In this document: in pieces, positions 8,383-18,520 of the stretch
Layout: every line of letters starts with the position of its first letter
Position numbering within the stretch: position 1 is the first letter of the stretch
IMG/VR virus record: IMGVR_UViG_3300028883_000032
Span: 142,857-206,856 of that record
DNA length: 64,000 nt
Reading direction: 5' to 3' (one strand)
Notes under the pieces: generated by a model
Databases searched by the model: none
What the model saw: the letters and a program-made list of their open reading frames with translations, nothing else
What the model was told of the DNA's origin: nothing
Program-made: the position numbers and the translations under genes

Positions 8383-9603
8383 GTGAATAACTACTTCGTA
8401 TTTCGCACGCTTAACCAAATAGCTCCGGGATTACGGGAGAATGTTCAAAAGGGCAACCCTGTTATAATATCGGGAACCATGCCACCAGCGGGGGCAACGT
8501 GGTTACAAGACAATTCCGATGAATGGCATCAAATAACACGAACCTGTCTTGATGAATCGTTGGAATTGTGCCCCTCGTTATTTGTATCCTTTAAAATAAA
8601 AAATGTAAGCGGTATATATTTTCAGCACCTCGAATATTATGATGAGAGAGAAATCTATACTATATTGTTTGGGGCTTCTGACGCCGAATATCGTGAAGTT
8701 ATAAACAAAATTCTAGACGAAGAGCACCAAACCGAGGTTGAAGAAGCAAAAGAAGCAGGGGATACGAGAGAGTGGGATAACACTATTCTTGATGAAGGCA
8801 CCAAGGAAGAAATTGATACAAAATTTAAAATATTTTTAGATTCGAAAGACATGTATGCAGATGAATTACGAGTTCCTTGGAAAATGGGAATGGTTTTTAT
8901 AGGCCCCCCAGGCAACGGAAAAACCCGATCAATTCGTGCGATATGTAAAAAGTATGGTTTAAGACTATCTTCCATATCTGAATATATTACCCCCAATGGG
9001 TTAAATCTCCCAAAGGCCATAGACGAGGGCAGTTCCACCGGCTTAATACCCATCATTGAAATAAATATTTGGGCAAAGTTATATGATGCCAAATATCCTG
9101 AATCTCCCAAACCTACTGTAATTGCCGCCGAGGATCTCGACAAAACATTATACGGTTCTGGAAGAGATGCCGCAACAATAAGACTTTCTGATTTTCTAAA
9201 TCAGGTGGATGGAATAAGCTCCACCCATGGAATAATACTAATTGCTACTACAAACCATCCAGGTGACTTGCCTGAAGCAATTTTCGGGAGACCGGGACGT
9301 TTTGACCATGTATGGGAATTTAATAAGCCCGGTAAAGAACAGTTACAAAAATACTTTGAATCCCGTAATTTCACGGTAAAAGGTGAGACAGATTTGGCTG
9401 AAGTCGTAAGTGAAAACGAGATGTCAATGGCTTTTGCAGAAGCCCTAATCATTTCAGCAAAAACTACTTACAAGAAAAATGAGTTCACTGATGAGGAAAT
9501 ACTTCCTCTTATTCAGAGGTTAAAAGACCATCAGGAACTTGCTAAAAAGTATTGCGCTGATATAGAAAAAAGACAAAAGGATGGATTTGGTTTTTCTAAT
9601 TAA
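8383..9603 (+). CDS. AAA+ ATPase
   Basis: Walker A GPPGNGKT, Walker B AAEDLD, SRH TTNHP...RPGRFD. Confidence 0.9.
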   Translation: MNNYFVFRTLNQIAPGLRENVQKGNPVIISGTMPPAGATWLQDNSDEWHQITRTCLDESLELCPSLFVSFKIKNVSGIYFQHLEYYDEREIYTILFGASDAEYREVINKILDEEHQTEVEEAKEAGDTREWDNTILDEGTKEEIDTKFKIFLDSKDMYADELRVPWKMGMVFIGPPGNGKTRSIRAICKKYGLRLSSISEYITPNGLNLPKAIDEGSSTGLIPIIEINIWAKLYDAKYPESPKPTVIAAEDLDKTLYGSGRDAATIRLSDFLNQVDGISSTHGIILIATTNHPGDLPEAIFGRPGRFDHVWEFNKPGKEQLQKYFESRNFTVKGETDLAEVVSENEMSMAFAEALIISAKTTYKKNEFTDEEILPLIQRLKDHQELAKKYCADIEKRQKDGFGFSN

Positions 9604-9608
9604 TTATT

Positions 9609-9887
9609 ATGGTAAATAAACAAACAAAAAATAAAACAGAATCTGAACCATCTGAAGGGAAAATATACTTTCAAGTATCTGAGGATACAGATAATCCTGA
9701 TAAAATAAATGTTTACATTAACCCCGACGACCCAGGACCCCCAGATATAATGGCTCAGATTTTAGGTAATGCCTCAAATTTTTACTTTGCGGCGTTTCAC
9801 AAACAAAATAAAAATAAGATCATACCAGCCACTCCGGCTGATATGGCAAAAATAAAATTACCACCTGTAAATCCGGGATTAAATTAG
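9609..9887 (+). CDS. hypothetical protein
   Basis: ORF followed by terminator AATCCGGG/CCCGGATT-T run (9869-9900). Confidence 0.55.
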   Translation: MVNKQTKNKTESEPSEGKIYFQVSEDTDNPDKINVYINPDDPGPPDIMAQILGNASNFYFAAFHKQNKNKIIPATPADMAKIKLPPVNPGLN

Positions 9888-9995
9888 CCCGGATTTTTTT
9901 ATCCCTAATTTTGGAATAAGAAAATAATAAGTTGTTGGTAAAAAGCTTGGCATCGGAAGGCCAACACCAACGATAAGTTTTCACGAGGAGGTGTA

Positions 9996-10214
9996 ATGAA
10001 GGGGACAGTTGCGTGGTTTCGAGAGGACCACGGGTATGGTTTTATCCAACCCGATGGCACAACTGAAAAGGAAAACCAGATCTTCGTACATTACTCCTCC
10101 ATCAAGAGTAAAAAGAAGTTCAAAGTGTTGGTCATGGGTCAGAGGGTCGAGTTTACCAAGGAAGTGTCTCCGAAGGGGGCATCGGCAGCTCATGTAGTTG
10201 TTATTGATCAGTAG
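9996..10214 (+). CDS. csp: cold-shock domain protein
   Basis: MKGTVAWF...GYGFI...IFVHYS; SD GGAGG. Confidence 0.92.
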   Translation: MKGTVAWFREDHGYGFIQPDGTTEKENQIFVHYSSIKSKKKFKVLVMGQRVEFTKEVSPKGASAAHVVVIDQ

Positions 10215-10224
10215 TATATTTGTG

Positions 10225-10758
10225 ATGTTTTGGAAAATAAGGTTAAAGGGCAACAATAGAAAAACCCCCGTACATATTTTCGTTGACTGGGAAAACGTAA
10301 AAGGCGTTGTTCCTCCTCACGGGCGCTTTTCCGCAGATTTTTGGTACGAAAGGCTTTCCTCTATTGTTGGCAGTGATACCTATCCTGACATGCGTGTTTC
10401 CATATATATGCCGAAATATACCAGACATTTTCCTGTGTGGGAAAAACAGAAAAAGTTTTTGACAGAAATACGAAACCACAAAAACATGAGAGCTGTTCTA
10501 GGATACCAACTTTACGACCATTACAGGTTGAGGGAGAAACTAGTTGACACAACTCTTGTGAGAGATGTTGTTGAACTAGCCATTACCTCAAAAACAAAAC
10601 TTGTTGTAATTATAGTATCCGGGGATGGTGATATGTACCCAGCTGTGGAAACTGCAAAAAAATATGGACACCGTGTAATAACGGCGTCCTCATCTTACTC
10701 CACAAGCAATTTAGTAAAAAAAGAAAGTGATTTACATGTCAGACTTGAGCTACCTTAA
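10225..10758 (+). CDS. NYN/LabA (PIN-like) domain protein
   Basis: IFVDWEN...EKLVDT...VSGDGDMYP. Confidence 0.85.
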   Translation: MFWKIRLKGNNRKTPVHIFVDWENVKGVVPPHGRFSADFWYERLSSIVGSDTYPDMRVSIYMPKYTRHFPVWEKQKKFLTEIRNHKNMRAVLGYQLYDHYRLREKLVDTTLVRDVVELAITSKTKLVVIIVSGDGDMYPAVETAKKYGHRVITASSSYSTSNLVKKESDLHVRLELP

Positions 10759-10772
10759 CAGGTAGCTTTTTT
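10748..10772 (+). terminator. terminator between convergent genes
   Basis: GAGCTACCT/AGGTAGCTT hairpin plus T-run. Confidence 0.6.
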
Positions 10773-13700
10773 TACCAGAATACTCCCTTTTCAGGATCAA
10801 ACTGTGTAGCAAACTCGTTTGCATATAAGTATGCTGGCATGGGGTCATAGCCGTGTATATTTGTTTTGCTTGCTTTTGCTGCAGAGTCTTGAATAACCAT
10901 TTTGATGTTATTACTAGTAACACGGCTTAACCAGTCGTCCCGTTCATGTGGTAAAACATTTATACTCTTGAAATAAGGTTTATATTCTATTTGTGGAAGC
11001 CCTTCTGCTTTTCTCTCTTTATTTTCCTTATCAACTACAGTTTTAAAAACTGTATCCCCCTTTATAAACCTTGAGTTATCTGGAGCATTTGTAATATAAG
11101 CGTTATCGCTTATACCCCTGATTATAGTTTCGAATGTACGCTTGTGGAATTTTCCGTCGTAAACGTTATCCATCCTATCCACAAGAGATTTTTGAGCAGT
11201 AATGAAGTCTGTTAATTCCGCTAATTCTTGCGGTTTTTTTGTACCAGTACTTATAGGTTCTCCACGAGTAACTATATCGTCTATTTTAACCAGCAAGTCT
11301 CTTCCTGGTTTTACGTGGTGAAGTTTTGGACTATTACCATCTCCCATAATGGCAACTTCCCAACCTCCCGCCATTCCGGGTTTTATATTTATTACCCTAC
11401 CTTCTATTTGTGCAAGTTCCGCTTTTCCTGGTAAAATTGCCGGGACCTTTACAGTACGCTCTAATTCTGGGAATCCCGCTGTCACTCCTCCACCGGCTAG
11501 AGCGCTTCCCCCAGAGTGGAAAGTTTGCATGGTCAATTGTGTTGCTCTTTCAGATACAGCCTGTCCGTCTAAAACTCCAGCATTATAACCAATTTGTGGC
11601 AATTTTCCTTCAGGGGTTAGCCCATAACAAAAAGCACACATACCTCGTTCTGTTTCACAAGTTAGAGGGCTTCTAACCTTTATTAAACTGTTACCCAGTT
11701 TTTTAACCAAGTCAGGGTGGATTAAAGCCGTAATAGTATCCCCTACTTCTACCACTCCCGGCACTCTTTGCTGGCTTATACGCCCTATAACGTTTTTGTC
11801 ACTAGCAGATAACTCTATTCCATTTGTTGTACCACAATCTTGTTCGGTTATAAGCACGTCCTTCAGATTAGTTAAAAGCGCCTTATTTAAGGCACCAGTA
11901 TCTTGTGTGTTTACGGCGCGATCAACGGTGCCTTTTCTTGCAGAATACATGTGGTTCCAGAATGAAAAGTCGTCTACTCCCTCTGCCCAGGATTTTTCAA
12001 CAGGAGTGGGGATTGGGCGCCCCTTAACATCCAAAAGAACCCCAGGCATGGTTAGTACTTGCCTAATACTGTCTGGTTTTCCCTGTGATCCAGAATCAAG
12101 CATGTGGAAAAACCTATTATCGCTTTTACGCGCATTTTCATATAATTCTTTTTGAACTTTCTTGGAAGCTTCGTTATATATTTCAGCACGTTCCAGTGGA
12201 GTTTGGACACGGTTTGCTTTTTTGTGAGCAATTTCCATAATAGGACCACGAGCACTACGGTCCATATCCAAGTCCGTTATACTCAAAGTTATAGGTTTAC
12301 GATAAGAGTATTCTTTTCCAAGCTCTTTAAAGTGGTTCATCACCTCAGCAAACTTTTTAGGATGCCTATCGCTTATTTCCTTCATTATACGCTTAACCGT
12401 GTCAGCATCAAATACTAATGTTCTGTCTTTTAAGTCCTCCGGAAGCTTTTCTAAAACAAGCTCCTTACCGTAAGTTGTACGCCCTACTCCTGTTAATTCA
12501 ACTTCCTCCGCTTCGTCAAGTTTGCCGTCTCTAACATCATCAGCCATTTTTTTGAATGTGCTATATTTTTTGCCATCATATTTTCTATCCACTTTTGTAA
12601 GATACCAAAGACCTTGTTGAAATATTTGACTAAATGAGCCAATGATGGGCATAACAGGATCATCAAAATGGGGCCCATGTTGATAAATGTTTTTAGAAGG
12701 AATCATGCCAAACGCTTCACGAACGGCATCAGTGGATACAGGCACATTAACTGACATGGCGTCACCGTCAAAGTCCGCATTAAAACCCTTAACAATAAGA
12801 GGATTTAATTTAATAGCTTGGCCATCAATGCGCTTTGGTATTGCAGCTTGTACACTATGTTTATGTAACGATGGAGCACGATTAAGTAGTACTGGTCTGT
12901 TCTCCATGGCCAAGTCTATTCCACGCAGGCCAAGTTCTGTTTCTTCTTGAATTTCCTTACGTGCAGTCAGGGGACTGTGACCACGTTTGGTCAGCTCCTG
13001 TACGGCAAATGGAAGATAAATTTCTTTTGCCATTCCTGTGGGAATTCCTACCTCGTCTACTCCCAAGTTTGGATCAAGTGTAATGGTGCTGCGAGCAGAA
13101 AGATCCTGTCGTTTGCTCCAGACATTACTTTGTATAAAACCTTCTTTAGGTTCGGACCCAGATAGTGTGCGTAAGGCCCCCTCGTATTTTTCTTTCCCAA
13201 AGTGGGTTAGTTCTGTTAATCCCTGTAACTCCTTAAAATGATCGTAAAGCGACTTACGCACTTCATCAACTTTTATTTTCTCTGTGCCAATTTCCTTATC
13301 GCTAGCTAGGCCATCGTTAAGTTTCGATATGTCCCTATAATGATAATTAATTGGACTTACCATTAAATCACCGGAAGGTAATGGGTAAACTGGCCTAAAT
13401 ACTGGAGGCATGACTGGAATTTTATTTGTGGTATAGGCTTCTTCCGCTGTCATTCCTAGTTTATCTAGAGCTTCTAAGTATCGTACGCGCTTATTAAGTT
13501 TATTTACGCGTGACTCCGGTGCGGTTTTTAATTCATTTTTTGATTCCTGTAATTCTTTTTTTACATCTATAGCACGTAGGTCAGTAATTATTTTATCTAT
13601 TCCACCCTCTTCCCCTTTAAGGCGCGCCTCATACTGAGGGCGGGTAATACCAAGCAATGATTGGATTGCTTTTTCATACATTGGAGAAGGCATGGTATCA

Positions 13701-16700
13701 GTTAATTCTATGTGGCTCCATTTTGTACCTCCATGTCCTCCGGTAATTTTTGAGTCAAACAACCCGCCTTTTAAAGTTGCTAAATTTTTACCCATTAGCA
13801 TTTGTCCGGCATCGTCTAATTTACCGGCACTAATTTCAGATATTTTTTTATCCGTCAAAGGCATTAACTGAATTTCATTACCCTTTTTTTCACTATCAAC
13901 CCCGGCGGCCTTCATGTAGGCTACCATTTTATCAAATACAAAAGATTTTTGGGGAGTTGGTAGTGGCAAACCTAATTGTATTGCTCTCCACAGCTCATCA
14001 TTCTTTTGTGATTTTATAGCAGTGAAATCTCTTAAATTGTGTTTTGCACCATGCGCTAGGAGAACATATGTTTGCATAGGATCGACGGATTGTCCCCCAG
14101 ACTCTCCTCTACCGGGAGCCTCATTTACATTGTAGGAACCATAACTACGGCTTTTTTCTTTATGTTCAACCACATGCATTAGTTTTAGTATGTACTGAGG
14201 ACCAGTAAATACTTTCGATTTAAGAGGCTTACCGTCTTTGCCATCTAATACCACCTCGTCAGGTTCAATTCCTTGTTTTTTAAGTTCGTTAAGGAGTATG
14301 TTTAATTTGTCCTTACCATCGAAATTACGAATGACGTAAGGTTTACCTGTTTTTTCAGCAATTTTAGCCGCTGCTGTTTCTAACAATTGTGAGGGATTCA
14401 TTCTAGAAGGTATTCCAAACGGAGACATTATCATGTCTACACGCTTACCACTAGCGGTATGTGGAGCCTCCTCGTCAGGTATGATCTTAACAACAATCCC
14501 TTTACCACCGTATCTGTTGGCTAGTTTGTCTCCCTCCACTAATGGGTGACTTACTTTCACACGAACTACAATTTTACGGCCCATTTTAGAAACATACATT
14601 ACTTCCCCGGGCTCATCAAAATCATATACAACACTCCGGTCGTCATATAATTTAGACACCTTACGGTTCATATTCTTTAGTATTCTCTGTTCGTCGGTCA
14701 TTTCTCTTGGTTCAAGGTGTGCTATGAGTACATCACCCTTTTTAACTCTTTCACCTTCTTTTATAATTCCTTCCGAATCAAGTTTATTATAACTTCCAGT
14801 ATTTATAAAGGCACCTGGATATTCAGCGGCAAGCTTATCCTTATTAAAAATACCATTAGTGGTTCTATGCGAAGTATAATTGTGCAGACTAGAATGTGTA
14901 AACTTTTTAGCAAACGAATCTGTTACCACCAACCCGTCTTCAAATGAATAGCCCTTGTAAGGCATATAAGCTACTTGGACATTTGCGCCAAGACCTAATG
15001 TCTTTTTTCCACCAAAAGGTGGCTCAGCTTCAAAGTTATTTTTTGCTAATTCTTGTTTGGCCTTAACTACATCACCCGGTTTAACAGTAGGAGTACTGTG
15101 CAAGAACGACTCTTGGTTCATTGGAAAATAGTTATACAGCCCTATTTTAAGGCTTTTTGACTCCCCTTCAGGTTTTATATGAATGTAGTCAGGTGTTACT
15201 TTAGTTACAACACCTGATTTAATGTCGTCGGGAACATATGGATTAAGATAGTCACCAATCGACTCATCAAAACTTTTATCGATTAATGGCCGACCAACTT
15301 GTACTAGAGGAGCTTCCCCATTATCAATGGTAAAAGCTTGTGAAGTGTTTTTAGCAGCCATTAGTGCCCTGTTTCCTTGGGTATGTTCTAAAAATGGCGT
15401 TAAGTTTGTTGGCCACCCAAACAGAGATTGAGGTTTAATGATGTAGCCATCAACATCTTTATGGGCAAAAACTTCTGCTTTTCCCTTATTATATCCCCGT
15501 ATTACCCTTTTTGTAAAGTCCCCGTCATGTGGTATTGGTTTTCCATTTTTTAAGACATACTGCTCACCAAAACCAACTCTCATGTTCCACAACTCATGCG
15601 GAGAGACGTACTTAATATCACCGTCTTTCATAATTACGGGAGTTGTCATCTGTCCTTTACTGTTTTTTTCAACAAACAGACTCAAAGGAAGAGAAATCCC
15701 CACTTTGGAACTATCCGGAGTTTGTACAGGATCAAGAAATCCAATATGAGACGGATGGACGTTACGGGTTTCCATGGTTACCTCATGCATGGAAGGTATT
15801 CCTCCCGTACCTAATACTGAAGTTTTTCTCCATTCTGATAATATTGAGACTGGGTTCGTTTGAGGAGGTGTCGCACTAAGGTCACTTGTAGTAAAGAAAC
15901 TTTTTATGGGCTTACTATAAGTATCTGGACTTATAATATCCCTAATCTGATCCTTTCTGTCCGTACGGAAACGTAAATTACCTGTAATTTGTTTGTCCTT
16001 TTTTTCAAGAAAGAACCCGAGTAGATCATCCACAGTCATGAGGGACTTAAATACTAGCGAGTCACGCTCATCAGGATCTGCATCACCGCGTTGGACAGCC
16101 AGTAACTTTTTACTAACATCCATTAACGTATCTTTATTAACTTTTTTGTGTGATGCACCCAAAGTTATCAGTGTTGTATCTGGGTCGACTGCGGTTGTCT
16201 CAAAGTACTCATATAACATCTTTTTTGCTTCTTGTGGGGTTTTTGGTTTTTGATGTAAAACCTTTTCCACAAGGTTGACCCACATATCGGGCTCTTCTCC
16301 TTTATCGCTATTTTTGGCATAAAGGTCCTTGCCCCACAACTCAAGCATTTCTTGGTCTGTTACACCCAACGCCTTAAGAATGTTGTACAGTCTATAATTT
16401 TGATTCCCAGCACGCAATAGAAAAATTCCTTTTGTCGGGTCTAAAGTAAGTTTAAAATTAAAACCCTTTGCAAGATTAAATTGGGATTCAAAGTCACCAT
16501 TATCTTTCATGCGTGTATATATACCAGACTTAAGGCGCAACTGATTTGTTGTTTGGTATTCATTGCCGTCAATAATAGCACTAAATCTTTGTGTTTGTTT
16601 AGGTATATTGGCTATTTTTATTTTAGGTTTTTCATCAACAATGTCCCCTGTTTTTTTGTCGACAAGTCTTAAATGTCCGTAAACTGGAACAGACCAAGTA

Positions 16701-16912
16701 CTACCACTAACTTTGGCTTTCTTTTGGGCTGGAAGATCGTTTGTGGGGGCGTCCTCGTCCCCTATGTCCAAACTAATCAATTCCAATTTTTTATTTTGTG
16801 CATCAATGGGGTATTGATTGGATATAAAATTACCAATTACATCATAAATTTTAGAATTTTGAACATTAGGATTTAATGAGTCTTTTAATTCTCTGTCTGC
16901 ATTCCTCATCAT
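10772..16912 (-). CDS. phage multisubunit-type RNA polymerase, fused beta-beta' polypeptide
   Basis: beta motifs GYSFEDG, GDKLANRYGGKG, PSRMN, LKLMH; beta' motifs NRAPSLH, NADFDGD, DCGT...CYG, TQLTMQTFHSGG, all in one 2046-aa ORF. Confidence 0.95.
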   Translation of the reverse strand: MMRNADRELKDSLNPNVQNSKIYDVIGNFISNQYPIDAQNKKLELISLDIGDEDAPTNDLPAQKKAKVSGSTWSVPVYGHLRLVDKKTGDIVDEKPKIKIANIPKQTQRFSAIIDGNEYQTTNQLRLKSGIYTRMKDNGDFESQFNLAKGFNFKLTLDPTKGIFLLRAGNQNYRLYNILKALGVTDQEMLELWGKDLYAKNSDKGEEPDMWVNLVEKVLHQKPKTPQEAKKMLYEYFETTAVDPDTTLITLGASHKKVNKDTLMDVSKKLLAVQRGDADPDERDSLVFKSLMTVDDLLGFFLEKKDKQITGNLRFRTDRKDQIRDIISPDTYSKPIKSFFTTSDLSATPPQTNPVSILSEWRKTSVLGTGGIPSMHEVTMETRNVHPSHIGFLDPVQTPDSSKVGISLPLSLFVEKNSKGQMTTPVIMKDGDIKYVSPHELWNMRVGFGEQYVLKNGKPIPHDGDFTKRVIRGYNKGKAEVFAHKDVDGYIIKPQSLFGWPTNLTPFLEHTQGNRALMAAKNTSQAFTIDNGEAPLVQVGRPLIDKSFDESIGDYLNPYVPDDIKSGVVTKVTPDYIHIKPEGESKSLKIGLYNYFPMNQESFLHSTPTVKPGDVVKAKQELAKNNFEAEPPFGGKKTLGLGANVQVAYMPYKGYSFEDGLVVTDSFAKKFTHSSLHNYTSHRTTNGIFNKDKLAAEYPGAFINTGSYNKLDSEGIIKEGERVKKGDVLIAHLEPREMTDEQRILKNMNRKVSKLYDDRSVVYDFDEPGEVMYVSKMGRKIVVRVKVSHPLVEGDKLANRYGGKGIVVKIIPDEEAPHTASGKRVDMIMSPFGIPSRMNPSQLLETAAAKIAEKTGKPYVIRNFDGKDKLNILLNELKKQGIEPDEVVLDGKDGKPLKSKVFTGPQYILKLMHVVEHKEKSRSYGSYNVNEAPGRGESGGQSVDPMQTYVLLAHGAKHNLRDFTAIKSQKNDELWRAIQLGLPLPTPQKSFVFDKMVAYMKAAGVDSEKKGNEIQLMPLTDKKISEISAGKLDDAGQMLMGKNLATLKGGLFDSKITGGHGGTKWSHIELTDTMPSPMYEKAIQSLLGITRPQYEARLKGEEGGIDKIITDLRAIDVKKELQESKNELKTAPESRVNKLNKRVRYLEALDKLGMTAEEAYTTNKIPVMPPVFRPVYPLPSGDLMVSPINYHYRDISKLNDGLASDKEIGTEKIKVDEVRKSLYDHFKELQGLTELTHFGKEKYEGALRTLSGSEPKEGFIQSNVWSKRQDLSARSTITLDPNLGVDEVGIPTGMAKEIYLPFAVQELTKRGHSPLTARKEIQEETELGLRGIDLAMENRPVLLNRAPSLHKHSVQAAIPKRIDGQAIKLNPLIVKGFNADFDGDAMSVNVPVSTDAVREAFGMIPSKNIYQHGPHFDDPVMPIIGSFSQIFQQGLWYLTKVDRKYDGKKYSTFKKMADDVRDGKLDEAEEVELTGVGRTTYGKELVLEKLPEDLKDRTLVFDADTVKRIMKEISDRHPKKFAEVMNHFKELGKEYSYRKPITLSITDLDMDRSARGPIMEIAHKKANRVQTPLERAEIYNEASKKVQKELYENARKSDNRFFHMLDSGSQGKPDSIRQVLTMPGVLLDVKGRPIPTPVEKSWAEGVDDFSFWNHMYSARKGTVDRAVNTQDTGALNKALLTNLKDVLITEQDCGTTNGIELSASDKNVIGRISQQRVPGVVEVGDTITALIHPDLVKKLGNSLIKVRSPLTCETERGMCAFCYGLTPEGKLPQIGYNAGVLDGQAVSERATQLTMQTFHSGGSALAGGGVTAGFPELERTVKVPAILPGKAELAQIEGRVINIKPGMAGGWEVAIMGDGNSPKLHHVKPGRDLLVKIDDIVTRGEPISTGTKKPQELAELTDFITAQKSLVDRMDNVYDGKFHKRTFETIIRGISDNAYITNAPDNSRFIKGDTVFKTVVDKENKERKAEGLPQIEYKPYFKSINVLPHERDDWLSRVTSNNIKMVIQDSAAKASKTNIHGYDPMPAYLYANEFATQFDPEKGVFW

Positions 16913-17021
16913 TTCTCCCGGATTTTTGGAATAAGAATATACATAAGGCTTTCAAATTCGAGCATTGGAAGCCCGCTTTGGGAGGGGGTATTGCCCTCTT
17001 CATAATATACAACACAGGAGG

Positions 17022-17201
17022 GGTTAATGCAAGTTCTAGCAGGCATTTCTTCAAGAGTACGGCGTGAACACAACAGGACACGTGTTGATTCCCCAGGAAG
17101 GCTACGAAGAACATCAAGTTCCCGTGGGCCGAGAGTGAGAATTAACGTTCCTGAAAACGTACACGCAATGTGCTTCCTGCTACAGTAAGAACTTCATTAC
17201 C
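17022..17201 (+). ncRNA. putative 6S-like rod RNA (alternatively a 53-aa ORF, 17027-17188)
   Basis: End-to-end pairings AAGTTCT/AGAACTT, TAGCAGG/CCTGCTA, GCGTG/CACGC, CAGGA/TCCTG, GTTGATTC/GAATTAAC; promoter motif at 16926; hairpin terminator about 17230-17263. Confidence 0.4.
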
Positions 17202-17306
17202 ACGGCTATTATATTATATTAAATTACTGGTGTGGAAAACATGTTTTCCACACTTGCTTTTTTACCTCAAAATGAGTATATTTGGGTAGGAAACCAAGTG
17301 TAAATT

Positions 17307-17645
17307 ATGGTAGACACAAAAAAAGAATTAGTAACTATAACAGAAACAGAGCTTTTACGTGAAGCATCGAAACTCATTCCTACTTCGCGGGTGGGAGATA
17401 TCGCTGATAAAAGGCCCACTTATATAACAGTATTTTCTGATTCGGATGCGGAATGCTTTTTAAAATTTTGCATACCAGAAACCATACCAGAAGCCAAAAG
17501 AATTGAAATACAGGAAGTCATGACAATATATTTTGAAAACATGATTAGCTTTCTAACATTTGGTAAATATAATAATAACTCTCTTTTAAGAGCTAAAAGG
17601 TATGTAGAAAGATCGGCCGACAACGGTAATGCCGTTCCAGAATAG
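17307..17645 (+). CDS. hypothetical protein
   Basis: Own sigma70-like promoter (17254) and terminator (17641-17667). Confidence 0.6.
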   Translation: MVDTKKELVTITETELLREASKLIPTSRVGDIADKRPTYITVFSDSDAECFLKFCIPETIPEAKRIEIQEVMTIYFENMISFLTFGKYNNNSLLRAKRYVERSADNGNAVPE

Positions 17646-17682
17646 TCGCTTAACAGCGACTATTTTTATGGTATAAGATTTT

Positions 17683-18501
17683 AAGCTGTTAGAGCTCGCC
17701 CCTTATCCTCTAAGGGAACCATAGTGATTCGCTATGGTAATGTACATTCAAACATAATTCAACACGGGCCTTTCGGCCCTATAACATGGTTATGTCCTCA
17801 AATTAGGATAGGATGATTTATAACGCCATCAAAGATGGCTATAATGCGATCCTAAAAATTCTGATCGCCTCCTTCCCCGCGCCCTTCCGGCGATGTAACA
17901 GCTTGTTCTAACCTGTCAATCTAACAGTTGACTACTGGTTTATAGATTATGGAGAGGGGCTACCTCTAGTTTTTATACACTAGAAAGATAAGTGTTACGC
18001 TTATCTTGTCCTTTGTTCATTCCATAGCAGCATAATTCCACTTCTCATCCCCTCGACTTCGGCCGCGTTGGCCTCGTCTCAAGGATTCGAATTGGAAGCA
18101 TTTACAATTTTATGCTGTTATGAATGAACTCGAGTTTTGCCCACCAGCACCCAGTTATTTTCTGGGATCACAATTGCACACGCAGGCCGACGGCCATGGT
18201 CCCTGGGCCGGCTGCCTAACTGCAGGTATAATTCAACGTTTTGAAACGGCGCCAAAATTTAAACAAATTAAAAAGTGGCTAACGCACAATCGATGAGGAT
18301 CCTCCGGATCCTTAAGGATCTAGCGCTAATGCATGCCTCTTTTACTAAAAAAAGCGCTCGCCCTCTCCAATAGAGTAACCTATGAACCGTCAGTTACAGA
18401 ACCATTTGTGTATATTTCCCAATACACAACTGGGTGTTTCGCCCAGAAAGTGAAAAGAGTACTGATTATGTGTAACTGAACCAACTTTGGTTGGTTTTTT
18501 T
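17683..18501 (+). ncRNA. long retron-type msr-msd ncRNA with extra 5' and 3' domains
   Basis: No ORF over ~830 nt; a1/a2-like TGGAGAGGG(17950)/CCCTCTCCA(18361) extended by GGTTTATAG/CTATGAACC; two msr-like hairpins 17965-18007; long hairpin 18015-18129; directly upstream of a retron RT. Confidence 0.75.
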
Positions 18502-18520
18502 AGTTAACCAATTTTAACAA

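Noticed and set aside
18129-18358. Cloning-vector multiple cloning site contamination
   Set aside because: Site order matches no polylinker I recognise, there are no flanking vector elements, and the segment is enclosed by the native a1/a2 stem; a UniVec screen would settle it
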